Numbered from the stretch's first letter, positions 19,533 through 31,663 are shown. The stretch is 64,000 nt of DNA from Dehalococcoidia bacterium (GCA_965237745.1 OZ250156.1:3553426-3617425), one strand, 5' to 3'. A program made the numbers and translations. The notes: generated from the letters alone by a model not told the origin.

Positions 19533-20443
19533 CTAGTCGCCGCTGCGCCGGACGGCGTGGCCGCCGAACTGCTGTCTCAGGGCTGCCAGCATCCTGGCGC
19601 CCAGCGGGCCGTCCTGGCGGGAGCGGAATCGCTGCTGCAACGCCGCGGTGATGGCGGGTATGGGCACGGCCAGGTCCACGGACTCCTGGACGGTCCAACG
19701 ACCTTCACCGGAGTCCTCCACGAAGGCTTGCAGGCTTTCCAGGGCCGGATCCTCCTCCAGCGCTCTGGCCGCCAGCTCCAGCAGCCAGGAACGAACGACG
19801 CTGCCGTGGCGCCAGGTTTGGGCAACGGCGGCCAGATCCAGGTCGAATTCCTCTTTGGCGGCCAGCAGTTCAAATCCCTCGGCGTAAGACTGCATGAGAG
19901 CGTACTCGACGCCGTTATGCACCATCTTGACAAAGTGGCCGGCGCCACTGGGACCAAAGTGGGAGTAACCAACGTCCTCGCTGGGCGTTAAGGAGCGAAA
20001 GGCGGGTTCCATTCGCTTCACCGCATCTCCGGACCGCCCACCATCAGGCAGAACCCGTGAGCCAACCCCCAGATGCCGCCGCTGATTCCCACGTCTATGA
20101 ATTCTATGCCGCGTTCCGAGAGTTCGCGGCCGCGGCGCATTGAGTCCTTGTAGTTGGCGTTGCCTCCATCGAGAACGATGTCTCCGGGGGAGAGCAGGGG
20201 GACCACGGTGGTGATGGTGTCTTCGGTGGGTCGACCAATGGGGAGCATGACCCATATCGCACGGGGAGGAGACAGGCGGCCGACCATTTCCTCCAGCGAT
20301 CCAACGCCCTCGCTGCCGTGCTGAGAGCTGGCCAGCACGGCGTCACCGTCCAGATCGTAGGTCACAACGCGGTGTCCTCCGGACGTCAGCCGCCGCGCCA
20401 TGTTTGCACCCATACGCCCCAAGCCGACCAGTCCCAGATCCAA
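19533..20443 (-). CDS. gnd: 6-phosphogluconate dehydrogenase (short, YqeC-type) with an apparent 1-nt frameshift near 20030
   Basis: TTG start at 20443 after AGGAGG. N-terminal LVGLGRMGANM Rossmann motif in one frame (to ...CLMVGGPEMR*), and the C-terminal GDAVKRMEPAF...HFVKMVHNGVEYA continues in the -1 frame. Total length is 911 nt, one short of a multiple of 3. Confidence 0.85.
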
Positions 20444-20529
20444 TGAAGGCCTCCTGAATTGTGGCTTGTCCCTTGAAGGCTCTCTCAAGTCCAATCGACT
20501 GACGAGACTATGGAGAAAGCCCAAGCCCG

Positions 20530-22158
20530 TCAGATTTCGTCCAGCAGGCGGCGCAAACCTTCCGTGGCGTTGTCTCCCAAGTCTACTGAAACCACCCGGC
20601 GCCCCAGCTTGTTCATAGCCTCGCAGTCGCCGATTGCCTGCGCTGCGGCCAGTGTGTTGAACCCGTAGCGCTCGCCGGGAATTGGCAACTCTCGATGGCT
20701 GCCCATTGCCAGGTGCAGGTAGATGCCCGTCCCCGGGCCGCCCTTGTGCAGCTGCCCGGTGGAGTGCAGGTAACGCGGGCCGTAGCCGACCGTGGTGGCT
20801 ATGCGGCACCTGCGCATCACCCGGGCGCGCAGTTCGTGCATCAGCCCGTCGGCATTGTCGTCGAACGGGGTGTAGGAAATTATGGCGAAATAGTCTCCCG
20901 GCCTGGCCTGATCCAATAGCGAGGCCAGGGACCGGGATTCCACCCGTTCCGGCAGGTGTCCCTGGCGCAAGAAAATGTCCAGCAGTCCGTCGGTGTTGTC
21001 CTTGGCGCCCTGGACGTCCGGCTGGTCAAAGGGATGGACGTTGAGGATACACCCGGCCACCGCGGTGGCGTATTCCCACCGATAGAATTCTGCCCCCAGG
21101 TCGCTGCAGTCCGGCACAGATATGCGTACCACCGGATGCCCTGCCTGCTCGAGAGAATCCACTGAACGGGCAATATCGTCGCAGCCGGGCGCTTGGAGGA
21201 AGACGAATAGGCGGTCGTTTCCATAGCATTCTGTGGAAAGCAGCGGCTCGCCGGCAACGGGTACGATGCCACGTCCTTCCTTTCCAAGGCTCTCGGCGAT
21301 CATCTGCTCCACCCAAAGACCGAAACCCTCAATGGGCGGAGGAGCGATCAGGGTCACCTTGTCCCGACCCGCCAGGGCGGCTGACCCCAGCAGGGCGCCC
21401 AGTTTCAGTCCGGGGTTTGCCTCGGGATCATCGGCGAGACACCGGCCCCGCATGCTGGCGGCGCTGTCCAGGAGTCGCGCCACATCGATGCCAGCCAGAG
21501 CGGCCGGGACCATGCCGAACCAGGAGAGCACCGAGTAGCGGCCGCCGATATCTGCCGGATTCAGGAATACCCTCCGGAATCCGGTCTCTCTGCCCAATCG
21601 CTCCAGCGACGTCCCCTCGTCCGTAATAGCCACAAAGCTATTTCCTGCGTTTCCGGCAGGCAGGGCTTCATCGGCCAGGCCGCGGAAGTAGCGGTAAAAG
21701 GAGAGCGTTTCAATGGTCCCGCCGGATTTGGAGGACACGATGAAGAGCGTTCGAGATGGGTCTATCCGTGATGCGCAGGCCTGCACCTGCTCGGGTACGG
21801 TGGAGTCGAGCATTGTCAGGTGCGGAAATCCGTCTGAATTGCCAAAGGCGCGGCGCAGCACTTCGGGACCCAGGCAACTGCCACCCATCCCAAGCAGCAC
21901 TATGTCCCGGCATCCTTCGCTGCGGACCTGCTCTGCGAAATCTCTCAGGTCGTTCAGATGAGGGCGGAGGAACGCTCCAGCGTCCAGCCATCCCAAGCGA
22001 TCCGCGATTTCGCGAGGGTCGGAGCGCCAAACAGTATGGTCCCGCTCTTTTATTCGCTGCGGGACTCGTCGCTCAACAAGATCGTCCAGAACCCGCCGCG
22101 CCGCCTCGGACGTGGCCGGGTCGCCGGAAACCAGTTCGTCGAGCATGGACTCGCTCAA
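20530..22158 (-). CDS. pgi: Glucose-6-phosphate isomerase
   Basis: SIS-domain pattern ([27 protein letters not shown]). The TTG start overlaps the tkt stop as TTGA. Confidence 0.85.
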   Translation of the reverse strand: MSESMLDELVSGDPATSEAARRVLDDLVERRVPQRIKERDHTVWRSDPREIADRLGWLDAGAFLRPHLNDLRDFAEQVRSEGCRDIVLLGMGGSCLGPEVLRRAFGNSDGFPHLTMLDSTVPEQVQACASRIDPSRTLFIVSSKSGGTIETLSFYRYFRGLADEALPAGNAGNSFVAITDEGTSLERLGRETGFRRVFLNPADIGGRYSVLSWFGMVPAALAGIDVARLLDSAASMRGRCLADDPEANPGLKLGALLGSAALAGRDKVTLIAPPPIEGFGLWVEQMIAESLGKEGRGIVPVAGEPLLSTECYGNDRLFVFLQAPGCDDIARSVDSLEQAGHPVVRISVPDCSDLGAEFYRWEYATAVAGCILNVHPFDQPDVQGAKDNTDGLLDIFLRQGHLPERVESRSLASLLDQARPGDYFAIISYTPFDDNADGLMHELRARVMRRCRIATTVGYGPRYLHSTGQLHKGGPGTGIYLHLAMGSHRELPIPGERYGFNTLAAAQAIGDCEAMNKLGRRVVSVDLGDNATEGLRRLLDEI

Positions 22159-24173
22159 ACTCTGCCGCCGTTTACAAGTTTGCGGGCTTCCTCAACAACA
22201 TGCGCAGCCGTGAAACCGAACTGCTCCAAGAGAACGCCGCCGGGCGCGGAGGCCCCGAAGGTGGACATTCCGATGGATGCGCCATCAAGCCCCACGTAGC
22301 GGGCCCAGCCGTTTGTTGCACCCGCCTCTACCGAGAGGCGTGTCCGATGGGCAGGCGGCAGCACCGCATCGCGGTACTCCCTCGGCTGCGCCTCGAACAG
22401 TTCCCACGACGGCATGGAGACCAAGCGGGCGTTGATTCCCTCAGACTGCAACGCCTGGGCCGCTTCCAAAGCGATGTGGACCTCGGCGCCGGTGGCGATG
22501 ATGATGACCTGCGGATCCAAAGCATCGGATTCCCAGAGCACGTAACCGCCCTTGGCGGCGTCCTGGGTAGGCGCCAGGGCCGGGCTGTCCAGCACAGGCA
22601 GGTTCTGGCGGCTGAGAGCCAAGGCAGTCGGACCCTCCACACGCTCTAGGGCCACCTGCCAAGCCACCGCAGTCTCAGTAGCATCGGCCGGCCTGATGAC
22701 GACCAGCCCTGGCATTGCGCGAAGAGACATCAGGTGTTCCACGGGTTGATGGGTGGGGCCGTCCTCACCCAGCGCAATGGAGTCATGGGTGAACACAAAG
22801 ATTACCTGTTGCCCCATGATAGCGCTGAGGCGCAGCGCGGGACGCAGATAGTCTGAAAAGATCAGGAACGTGGAAGCGTAGGGGATGGCGCCTCCATGGA
22901 CCGCGATTCCGTTGGCCACTGCCCCCATGGCGTGCTCCCGCACACCGAAGTGCAGGTTTCGGCCATCAAAATTGCCGGGACCGATGTGCCCCTCGCTGTT
23001 GAGAATGGTGAGAGTGGACGGGGCAAGGTCGGCAGACCCGCCGATGAGATTTGGCACGGCGGGGGCGATGGCGTTCATCACCTTGCCGGAGGCTTCCCTG
23101 GTCGAGACTGCCTTGCCGTCATCGAAAAGACCTGAGAGGCCGCTGCTCCATCCGGGCGCGAGCACTCCATTGAGGGCGTCGTGCAGTTTCAGGGCCTCGG
23201 TCGGAAAAGACTCGCGGTAGTGGGAAAGCGCAACTTCCCATTCATCCTGCTGCTGCCTGCCTCTCTCAATAGCCTTGGTCAGGTACTCCCTGACCTCTCC
23301 GGGTACGGTGAAGGTTTCGGGGTACGGCCAGTGGAGCTGCTCTCTGGTCAGGCCCACTTCGTCATCGCCCAAGGGCGCCCCATGGACACCGGCGGTGCCA
23401 GCCTTGTTGGGGCTTCCGTAACCGATCACGGTGCGGCACACGATAATGCTGGGCCTGGTTGTATCTGCCCTGGCCTCTTCGATGGCTGATGCTACGGTGT
23501 CCAGATCATTGCCATCCAGACCGTCAACCACCTGCCAGCCATAGGCTGCGAAGCGGCCAGGCACATCCTCGAGGAAAGCGATGTCGGTGTCTCCCTCGAT
23601 GGAGATCTGGTTGTCGTCGTAGATCAGAATGAGCTTGCCAAGGCCCAAGGTACCAGCCAGAGAGGCGGCCTCCGCGGCCACACCCTCCTGCAGATCGCCG
23701 TCGGAAACGATGGCGTAGGTGTAATGGTCAACAATCTCGTGGCCGGGGCGGTTGAAGCGGGTGGCAAGCCAGCGCTCCGCCAAGGCCATCCCAACGGAAT
23801 TGGCCAAGCCCTGTCCCAGCGGCCCGGTGGTCACTTCAACACCCGGCGTCAAGCCATACTCAGGGTGCCCGGGCGTCCTGCTGCCCCACTGCCGGAACTG
23901 CTGCAGCTCCTCGATGGGCAGGTCGTAGCCGGTCAGATGGAGTAGGGAATAGAGCATTGCGGACGCGTGGCCTGCGGAGAGCACAAACCGGTCGCGGTCA
24001 GGCCATTTGGGGTCGCCGGGGTTGTGCTTCAGGAACCTGTCCCACAGCACGTAGGCCATGGGGGCAGCCCCCATTGGGGCGCCGGGATGCCCGGAGCGCG
24101 CCCTCTGAACGGAGTCTATGGCCAAGAATCGAAGGGTGTTGATGCACAGTTGATCAAGAGCCGTATCGGTCAA
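22155..24173 (-). CDS. tkt: Transketolase
   Basis: [10 protein letters not shown] and [20 protein letters not shown] signatures. I prefer the TTG at 24173 ([13 protein letters not shown]) over the track start at 24272, but the start is uncertain. Confidence 0.95.
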   Translation of the reverse strand: MTDTALDQLCINTLRFLAIDSVQRARSGHPGAPMGAAPMAYVLWDRFLKHNPGDPKWPDRDRFVLSAGHASAMLYSLLHLTGYDLPIEELQQFRQWGSRTPGHPEYGLTPGVEVTTGPLGQGLANSVGMALAERWLATRFNRPGHEIVDHYTYAIVSDGDLQEGVAAEAASLAGTLGLGKLILIYDDNQISIEGDTDIAFLEDVPGRFAAYGWQVVDGLDGNDLDTVASAIEEARADTTRPSIIVCRTVIGYGSPNKAGTAGVHGAPLGDDEVGLTREQLHWPYPETFTVPGEVREYLTKAIERGRQQQDEWEVALSHYRESFPTEALKLHDALNGVLAPGWSSGLSGLFDDGKAVSTREASGKVMNAIAPAVPNLIGGSADLAPSTLTILNSEGHIGPGNFDGRNLHFGVREHAMGAVANGIAVHGGAIPYASTFLIFSDYLRPALRLSAIMGQQVIFVFTHDSIALGEDGPTHQPVEHLMSLRAMPGLVVIRPADATETAVAWQVALERVEGPTALALSRQNLPVLDSPALAPTQDAAKGGYVLWESDALDPQVIIIATGAEVHIALEAAQALQSEGINARLVSMPSWELFEAQPREYRDAVLPPAHRTRLSVEAGATNGWARYVGLDGASIGMSTFGASAPGGVLLEQFGFTAAHVVEEARKLVNGGRV

Positions 24174-24417
24174 CGCTTTCCCCTGCAACAGCGGCCTGGC
24201 GATTTTCCCAAGGCCGCGCGAGAATGACTCAATGGACCCGTGGCAGGGAAAAGCGGCACCCTGCCCCAGCAATGAATATGGTATCCAATGCCGCCGAATC
24301 TGTCATCCATTAAATAGGGGAAATCTTTGACCGGAGGCCCATTTTGTCAATCAATTTTTCGGATTTCCTTGGAAAAGCGAAAGGCAGGAGGGGACGGCTT
24401 TCTGTAGTGATCGTGTC

Positions 24418-25539
24418 CTACTGCATGGGCCTTTCTCCCAAGATGGCCTCAGTTTCCAGCTCAGCATCGCCGCGATAGATGCGCACGGAAACTTGGTCAC
24501 CCGGCAGGTTTTCCAATAGGAATTTTGAAAGGTCGCCGGTGTTCCGGATGCTCTGACCGCCCAGTGAGACTATGACGTCCTCTCCCTGCAGCCCAGCGGC
24601 GTGGGCGCCCGAATTCTCCACCACCCGGGCCACAAGGATGCCCTCATTCACCGGGACCCCGATCTGCGCGGCGATGGCCGGGTTGAGGTTCACCGGAGCA
24701 ATGCCGAGAAAACCCCTCTCCACGTACCCTTTATCGATCAGTTGGTGGGACACCGCCAGAGCGTCGTCGATATTGATGGCAAACCCAATGCCCTGCCCGC
24801 CCTGAATCGAGGCGGTATTCACGCCGATGACCTCCCCGAACCGATTGACCAGCGGGCCGCCACTGTTGCCGGGGTTGATGGATGCGTCGGTCTGGATCAG
24901 GTCAACATAGGTGTTCTGCGGCCCGGCGTCGACAGAACGTCCAAGGGCGCTGATGACGCCCCGGCTGACGGTGGGGCCCCCGGCCAGCGCCAGGGCGTGA
25001 CCGATGGCGATGACCTCCTCGCCCACCCGAAGCTCACCGGCGGTGCCGGTGCTGGCGGGCTGCAACCCGTTCGCATCAATTTTTATGACCGCCACGTCGG
25101 GGTTGGAATCGCCACCCACCAAGCGGCCAATGTAACTGTCGCCGTTGTGGAGCGTGACCGTAATGGCGGCGGCTCCGGCGACAACGTGGTTGTTGGTCAG
25201 AACGTAACCGTCGGGTTTCAAAACGATCCCTGTCCCAACTGCGGAGGTCGGGCTCAGGAGGGCGGGAGTATTGGGTTCGGCTGATTCGGTGAATACATGC
25301 ACCACCGACGGCGTCAACTGGCCCACAATGTCGACGGTAGCCAAGCCAACTCCAGGCGCGTCGACGGAGGGTCCCTGCGTCCCGCCGGTGCAGGCTACTC
25401 CAATCAAGACAGCTAACAGCAGCAGGGCGCACGACACCATACCGCGCTTGATGAAGCCCGTCAGTCCCGTCAGGAGGACCAAAGGACCACTACTTCTGAT
25501 TTCCCTATTCTTTCCGGCCATGTGCGATCTTCGGGGCAC
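24418..25539 (-). CDS. HtrA/DegP-family serine protease with PDZ domain
   Basis: Catalytic triad contexts TNNHVV, DVAVIKI and GNSGGPLVN. N-terminal membrane anchor and C-terminal PDZ-like region. Confidence 0.9.
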   Translation of the reverse strand: MPRRSHMAGKNREIRSSGPLVLLTGLTGFIKRGMVSCALLLLAVLIGVACTGGTQGPSVDAPGVGLATVDIVGQLTPSVVHVFTESAEPNTPALLSPTSAVGTGIVLKPDGYVLTNNHVVAGAAAITVTLHNGDSYIGRLVGGDSNPDVAVIKIDANGLQPASTGTAGELRVGEEVIAIGHALALAGGPTVSRGVISALGRSVDAGPQNTYVDLIQTDASINPGNSGGPLVNRFGEVIGVNTASIQGGQGIGFAINIDDALAVSHQLIDKGYVERGFLGIAPVNLNPAIAAQIGVPVNEGILVARVVENSGAHAAGLQGEDVIVSLGGQSIRNTGDLSKFLLENLPGDQVSVRIYRGDAELETEAILGERPMQ

Positions 25540-25590
25540 CGAAAATTCGAGACGTTCGAGACGATTGGATAGTTGGGGAAAGCTCCAGTC

Positions 25591-26634
25591 TTAATCTTCT
25601 CCACGGCCCAAGGCCGGGAAAATGTGGTCGCGGAAGGCCTCCATTTCGCCGGTGGCAAACTCGTAGGTGGCGCCGGTCATCAGGTAGAGATGCGTCAGCC
25701 CGGCTTTCTCCGCCTTCTTGATTCGTTCGGCGCAATACTCGGGGGTGCCTATCAGCCCCATGTAGTCGCACATGGCGGCCAAGGCATCGTCGGGAAGGAA
25801 GGAACATAGTTCCTGGGCCTTTTCCCAGTCCTCGGCGTGAGGAACGTCCGGGTACAGGTCCCACAGACCTGCCGGCAACTCGAGGTCGCCAAGCTCGATG
25901 CCGGCGGCCTTGAGCCAACGCTGGTGGGTGGTCTCCATCAACCGCTGGACGACCAGAGGCCGGGCGATCTCGCGGGCTTCCTTGAGGTTGTCCTTGATGA
26001 TGGTGGTGGCAGTGAAAATCGTTTCCACGTCATCTGGATTTCTGCCAGCAGCCCGTGCTCCGTCGGCGACAATCTCCCTGGCCTCGGCCACAGCGTCGGG
26101 GTGGATTCCAGTCATCAGCAGCGCGCCGTCGGCCACTTCTCCCGTAACCTTCATAACCCTCGGGCCGGTGGCGGCGATGTAGACAGGCGGCGGGGGAGAT
26201 TCCCCACCGTGGCGCATGCGGCTGTTAGCGTCTCCAAAGGACACCATCTCGCCGGACATCAACTCTTTCATGGTGACCACGGCGTTTCGCATCTGCCGGA
26301 CGGTGGCCGGGGGGATGCCAACGGTGGCGGTGGAGCTGTACCCGCGTCCGATCCAGAGCTGCACCCGACCGGGGGCCAGCTCAGCCACCGTTTGCGCCGC
26401 CGAGGCGACGACCGAGGGGTGGCGGGTGATTGGGTTGGTAACTGCCGAGGCTACGTTAATGTGGTCAGTTGCCTGCACGGCGGCAGCCATACTGACGAAG
26501 CAGTCTCGCTCAAGCAGCTGCGAGTCGAGTATGCCAACGCCGCTAAATCCGGCATCCTCGCACTGTTTTACGAAGTCGGCCACCATTGGGCCGGGTTTGC
26601 AGGGCGGAACTCGCAGGTCTATCTTGATGGACAT
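25591..26634 (-). CDS. Luciferase-like monooxygenase (LLM) / F420-dependent oxidoreductase family
   Basis: TIM-barrel LLM pattern (GFSGVGILDSQ..., RVQLWIGRGYS). Confidence 0.8.
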   Translation of the reverse strand: MSIKIDLRVPPCKPGPMVADFVKQCEDAGFSGVGILDSQLLERDCFVSMAAAVQATDHINVASAVTNPITRHPSVVASAAQTVAELAPGRVQLWIGRGYSSTATVGIPPATVRQMRNAVVTMKELMSGEMVSFGDANSRMRHGGESPPPPVYIAATGPRVMKVTGEVADGALLMTGIHPDAVAEAREIVADGARAAGRNPDDVETIFTATTIIKDNLKEAREIARPLVVQRLMETTHQRWLKAAGIELGDLELPAGLWDLYPDVPHAEDWEKAQELCSFLPDDALAAMCDYMGLIGTPEYCAERIKKAEKAGLTHLYLMTGATYEFATGEMEAFRDHIFPALGRGED

Positions 26635-26708
26635 TGTTCACTCCTGATGGTTGTTCCCTCTCCTGAGAGAGGGTTGGGGTGACTCGTTTTGGCGTGATGC
26701 AAGACGCC

Positions 26709-27857
26709 CTAGCGAGTGAGTTCCTCGCGCAGCCGCCGGATTACGATTTCGACTTCCGCTTCGGTCAGATTGAGAGGGTCCACCGCCAGTTCTTGGGGGC
26801 CGCCCAACTGGTGCAGGTATATCTGGGGGCTGCCACTCTCCATAGCGGCAGCGACGGTGTCCCTCGCAGGGCCGCGCCACTCGTCGCCGAAGCGAATCAC
26901 GGCGTGGGGGATGAGGTAGTTGGTGCTGTCATGTTCCAACGTAATCCGCAGACCAGGAATCTCCACCAACGCATCCACGACCTGCTGCATAAAGCCGCGG
27001 TACACGGCCATCTCCGCCGCCTCGTCCTCATCGACAAAGGCTGCCAGCGATGATACCAGTCCAATGACCTCCTCCTTGGCGACCTTCATGCCTCTCCCCA
27101 AGAACTGGGCCGGATTGGCCTGGGCAGCAGCGGCCTCGATGAGGTCGGCGCGGCCGGCGAGGATGCCGCTTCCCTGGGGACCGCGCACACCCTTGCCACC
27201 GCTGTAGACCACCATGTCGGCCCCGGCGCGGAGAAAGCGGTAGAGGTTGGCTCGCGGAGGCAACATTGAGGCCGCGTCCACGATTACCGGCACGTCGTGG
27301 GCGTGGGCGATCTCGCAGACTCGCTCCAAGGGGAGGACTTTGTTACTGGCGAAGGGGGCGCACAGGTAGGCGACAGCAGCCGTTCGCTCGTTGATCGCGC
27401 CCTCAAGCTGCCACGGGTGGGCGAACAGGTAGTCGCCAAACTCGACCATTCTGGCTCCCGCCACGCGATAGGCCTGATCATAGGGGAAGCGGTGCATGGT
27501 GTGAATGACGATCTCGTTTTTCAGGCCATCGGTGTTGGGCAATTGCCGCATCTTCACGGGGTCATTGCCTGCGATGCAGGCAGCGGCCTGGAGCACCAGA
27601 CCACCGGCAGCCCCGCTACACACGAACCCGGCCTCGGCTCCGGTGAGGCGGGCAATCTCCTTGCCCGCAGCCCGATTGAGGTCGTCGATGTTGACCATCA
27701 CTCGGGCGGTCTTGGACATCAGGTCGAGGGTCTCGGGCCGCGTGCGGGTACCGCCAAGACGGGTGATGGAGCCGGCGGCATTGATGATGGGCGACACTCC
27801 CAGACGCCGATAGATCGATTCCGTTTCAGAATCAAGGCCGGTCGTGATGTTGGCCAC
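26709..27857 (-). CDS. SelA-family PLP-dependent enzyme (DgaE-like; lacks the SelA N-terminal domain)
   Basis: YSGGKGVRGPQGSGIL matches the SelA-family Lys/GPQ motif. At 382 aa it is shorter than bona fide SelA. Confidence 0.7.
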   Translation of the reverse strand: MANITTGLDSETESIYRRLGVSPIINAAGSITRLGGTRTRPETLDLMSKTARVMVNIDDLNRAAGKEIARLTGAEAGFVCSGAAGGLVLQAAACIAGNDPVKMRQLPNTDGLKNEIVIHTMHRFPYDQAYRVAGARMVEFGDYLFAHPWQLEGAINERTAAVAYLCAPFASNKVLPLERVCEIAHAHDVPVIVDAASMLPPRANLYRFLRAGADMVVYSGGKGVRGPQGSGILAGRADLIEAAAAQANPAQFLGRGMKVAKEEVIGLVSSLAAFVDEDEAAEMAVYRGFMQQVVDALVEIPGLRITLEHDSTNYLIPHAVIRFGDEWRGPARDTVAAAMESGSPQIYLHQLGGPQELAVDPLNLTEAEVEIVIRRLREELTR

Positions 27858-28033
27858 GCTTTCCTCCCGTCAGTGTCCCGAGCTTCGCAGGTCTGACTTC
27901 CTCATTTCCATCAGATTTTCACACAAACTCAAGCCTATTATATCAATTGCCATAGGCCAGTGTGGTAACATTTCTCTGGCTCTCAAAGACTTTCACATAA
28001 CCCTCACAATTGAGGGCTGAAGGTGCGCTACAA

Positions 28034-28810
28034 ATGGCTGAGACCAGTGTTGTCCTTGATAGTCTGAAACCCAAGGCCAAGATCGGACTGGTGGTTGTCA
28101 GCGCCTCGACGGTTTCGGAGTTACGCTATCCCAGGGTGGTGCCCGAGGTGGGGTTCCTGGCCAGCCGCATGATCCTCGGCGGCGACCATGGGCTTGAGGC
28201 GCTGCTCGAGATGGAAAGCAACTCGACGCGCGCCGTGCAGGAGCTTGCCTCCGCAGGGGTTGACTCCATCGCCTACTGCTGCACCGTGAGCGGAGCACAG
28301 CGGGGGATGGAGAAAGACCGTGAATTCTGCGATGACATGGAAAGGCAGTGGGGAGCGCCCACCACCTCGACCATGCTCGCCGCGGCGGAGGCGTTGCAGC
28401 ATCTGGGCATACGGCGAGTCGTGCTGACCAGCCCCTACCCGCACAGCTACCACGATGCGGAAAGTCGCTATCTGACCGAGGCTGGCATAGAAACCGTGGC
28501 AGCATCGGGCATGGGGCTGCAGACCGCCGCAGCGTTTGCCGCCGTATCACCCGCCGAGATATACAGGTTCGCGCTGGAGGGGTGGCGGCAGGCGGGCGGT
28601 GAGGCCGACGGCCTGTTCATCAGTTGCATGAACTTCGACGCAATGGCAGCGGCGCAAGCGTTGGAGGATGCCATCGGAAAGCCGGTGGTAACCTCTCACT
28701 CGGCCACGCTGTGGCGGGCGCTGGCTCTCGCCGGGATAGACGAGTCGGTGCAGGGATACGGCCGGCTGCTGGCCGAGCGGCGGGAGTGCCCGGTGCGCGC
28801 CAACGTGTAG
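28034..28810 (+). CDS. Asp/Glu/hydantoin racemase superfamily (maleate isomerase / arylmalonate decarboxylase-like)
   Basis: Two catalytic-Cys contexts, AYCCTVSG and FISCMNFD. The ATG at 28034 is preceded by GAAGGTG. Confidence 0.7.
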   Translation: MAETSVVLDSLKPKAKIGLVVVSASTVSELRYPRVVPEVGFLASRMILGGDHGLEALLEMESNSTRAVQELASAGVDSIAYCCTVSGAQRGMEKDREFCDDMERQWGAPTTSTMLAAAEALQHLGIRRVVLTSPYPHSYHDAESRYLTEAGIETVAASGMGLQTAAAFAAVSPAEIYRFALEGWRQAGGEADGLFISCMNFDAMAAAQALEDAIGKPVVTSHSATLWRALALAGIDESVQGYGRLLAERRECPVRANV

Positions 28811-28833
28811 CAAAGCATCAGGAGGTGTAAGGA

Positions 28834-29463
28834 ATGACCACAGCCGACCGTCTCAACAGTATTCCCCTGGGTGAGGCGATGTTCACCCAGCGGGCAATTC
28901 GCCGGTTCAAGCCGGACCCGATTCCCGACGATGTGCTTGAGGACATCATGGAGGCCACCATCCGGGCGCCGAACGGCGGCAATACCCAGCAGTGGCACTT
29001 CATCCTGGTCAAAGACACAGAGATGCGCCAGAAGCTGGGCGAACTGTACCACGAGGCATGGTGGGCCAAGCGGGCGGATGTCGGAATCATGGGCCCCGAG
29101 GACCTTCCGCCGGGGAGGAACTCGATGCAGTCGGCGAGGCGGCTGGCCAATGAAATCGGCAACACGCCGGTGATGGTGCTGATCTGTGCGACGGCAAAGG
29201 GCGCGCAGGCCGCCGGGTCGGTAATACCGTCGGCGCAGAACATGCTGCTGGCGGCACGGGCCTTCGGCATCGGCGGCACGATCACCACATTGCACCCGGT
29301 GGTGGAAGAGCGTGTACACGCTCTGTTCGGCATTCCCGACGATGCTCAGGTGGTCTACTGTATGCCCCTGGGCTACCCGCGAGGCGAATTCGGCTCGGTG
29401 CAGCGCAAACCACTGGCCGAGGTCTGCGGTGTCGACAGATGGAGCAACAACTACCCCGGTTAG
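28834..29463 (+). CDS. Nitroreductase family protein
   Basis: RAIRRFKPDPIP ... APNGGNTQQWHFILV signature. AGGAGG RBS. Confidence 0.85.
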   Translation: MTTADRLNSIPLGEAMFTQRAIRRFKPDPIPDDVLEDIMEATIRAPNGGNTQQWHFILVKDTEMRQKLGELYHEAWWAKRADVGIMGPEDLPPGRNSMQSARRLANEIGNTPVMVLICATAKGAQAAGSVIPSAQNMLLAARAFGIGGTITTLHPVVEERVHALFGIPDDAQVVYCMPLGYPRGEFGSVQRKPLAEVCGVDRWSNNYPG

Positions 29464-29642
29464 GGACGGCCTTCCTTGGCAGGACGTACGGGCGGGCGCA
29501 CGGGTATGCGCCTCCACGTTCAGATGCCGCGGAATTACATACCACCGAAATTTGCAGGGGCGCACAGCCGTGCGCCCCGTTTGCTGTACCCCGTATGCCA
29601 CACATGGAAGTTCACATTACCTGCAACCCAGGGAGGCAGCCG

Positions 29643-31117
29643 ATGGCAGTTCGCACCGGAGAGCAGTTCCTGTCGGGCCTGCGGGATGGCAGGGAGGTCT
29701 GGCTGGAGGGGAAAAGGGTCGCCGACGTTACGTTGCACCCCAAGCTGACGCGCATGGCGCACACGCTGGCGGGTATATACGACCTTCAGCACTCGCCGGA
29801 GTTTCGCGACCGAATGACCTTCACCTCGCCAACCAGCGGCGAGCCGGTGGCGCTGTCTTACTTGGTACCGGAGAGCCACGACGATTTGCTGCGGCGCCGG
29901 ATTGCGCTGGAGATCGTCGCCGAGTCCTGCCACGGGATGCTGGGGCGCACCCCCGATTATGTCAACATCCAGCTCACCGCATCACGGCAGTTGTCCGCTC
30001 TTTTCGGGGAACGGGACCAGCGGTACGCGGAGAATCTGAGGGCCTACCACGAATACGTGCGGGAAAACGACCTCTGCCTGACCCACGCCTTCGGACACCC
30101 GCAGGTCAATCGCTCCGCAGGACTGTCGGAACTGCCCGATCCCTAAATTGCGGTGGGAGTGGTGGACACCTGCGCCGAGGGTGTAGTGGTTCGTGGAGCA
30201 AAAAACCTGGCGACCCTTGCCCCCTTTCCGACGAGATTTTCGCTCCCTTGTACCGCCCTCTGCGGGCCGACGTGGAAGAGGACCGCAAATACTGCATCGG
30301 CTTCGCGGTTCCCTCGGACATCAAGGGGTTGAAGTTCATCTGCCGTCCGTCCCATGACTTTGGGCAGTCCTTGGGAGACTACCCGCTGTCAGGGCAATTC
30401 GACGAGATGGACTCATTGGCCGTCCTCGACGACGTTCTGGTGCCGTGGGAGCGAGTCTTCCTTTTCGACGACATGGAACTTGGCAACCGCACGGTGACGG
30501 AGGTAACCCTGTGGCGGCACTACATGCAGCAGGTAGCGGTCAAGAACATCGCCAAGCTGGAGTTCATTCTTGGCATAGTCCACGGCATGACGGAGGGCAT
30601 CGGCATCGGTGTCTACGGGCATGTTCAGGAGAAAACGGCGGAGATCATCGACACCATCGAAACGGTCCGGGCATATATGCGAGCGGCCGAGGCCGATGCT
30701 GGGCCGCTGGAAGGGGCCGAGGGAATCTGGCCGGCGCCAGAGCCCTGGATCGCCATGCGCCATTGGTATCCCGACGCCTACGCACGGGTGGTGGCGATTG
30801 TGCAGCAAATGGCTGCGAGCGGGCTGATGCTCACTCCCAGCGAGGCCGACGTGTCCGGGCCGCTGGCCGCCGACATCGCGAAATACTACCAAGGAACGAA
30901 CATGGCCGCACCGGAGCGCGTTCGCCTGTTCCGGCTGGCGTGGGACCTGATCGGAACACAGTTTGGCTCCCGGCAGACCCTGTACGAGCGCTACTTCAAC
31001 GGCGACGTGGTGCAACTGCGGCAGCGCCGGTACGCGAGCTATGACTTCAGCCGTGCGGAGGAGTCGGTGAGAACCTTTATGGCCAAAGTGTCCGGAGAGA
31101 CGGCAGGCGGGATCTAA
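29643..31117 (+). pseudogene. 4-hydroxyphenylacetate 3-monooxygenase (HpaB)-family oxygenase, disrupted
   Basis: ATG at 29643 after GGGAGG. In-frame TAA at 30144-30146, then a 1-nt shift at the C5/T3 run 30220-30227 (LATLAPF|DEIFAPLY). HpaB-like sequence continues to 31117. Confidence 0.85.
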
Positions 31118-31554
31118 CGGCCGAACAGGTCCTTGATCCGGTCGAGGAAACCCCCGCGGCTGGCTCCGCGCTCCATGAAGCGGGCCCACTGCTGCTCTGC
31201 CGACTCGGAGCGGCGAAGGTCGCGGGCGCGCTCTTTCATCAGGTCCAGCACCCGATCTTCCTCGCCCTTGTCCAGCCAATAGCCGTGGTCGTTGGGGCAG
31301 TGCTCGATGGGGAGGTTGTGGGCGCGGTAGTTGAAAACGTCCATCACCGCGCCGCAGTGAGGGCAGGGCCGCTCACCGGACCGCCGGGCGTATTCACGTT
31401 GGCCCTTCAGCACTTCGTCGCGGTTGGCGGTGTCTTCCAAGAGGTCAAGCTCGTCGAAGTCCAGCCACAGGCCCCGGCACTGGGGGCAGTGGTCAATCTC
31501 CAGACCCCGGTGCTTGCGCTCGTCCAGGGCCACGTTGCAGTCGGGACAGTTCAT
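31114..31554 (-). CDS. Zinc-ribbon protein (two zf-TFIIB-type CxxC...CxxC modules)
   Basis: CPDC...CPQC and CPHC...CPNDH modules, each followed by GxWLD. Confidence 0.7.
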   Translation of the reverse strand: MNCPDCNVALDERKHRGLEIDHCPQCRGLWLDFDELDLLEDTANRDEVLKGQREYARRSGERPCPHCGAVMDVFNYRAHNLPIEHCPNDHGYWLDKGEEDRVLDLMKERARDLRRSESAEQQWARFMERGASRGGFLDRIKDLFGR

Positions 31555-31663
31555 TGTCGGCTCTCCGATTCAGCCGCCCGTTTGGGAGAGCGGCACGGCT
31601 TCAATTGGGGGCAGAATAGCATAAGGTTTGCAGGGAATCTTGAAGCAAGGCCCGGCATGACGG

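Noticed and set aside
26709-27857. Genuine selenocysteine synthase SelA
   Set aside because: It is too short and lacks the N-terminal domain. It is treated as a SelA-family paralog only.
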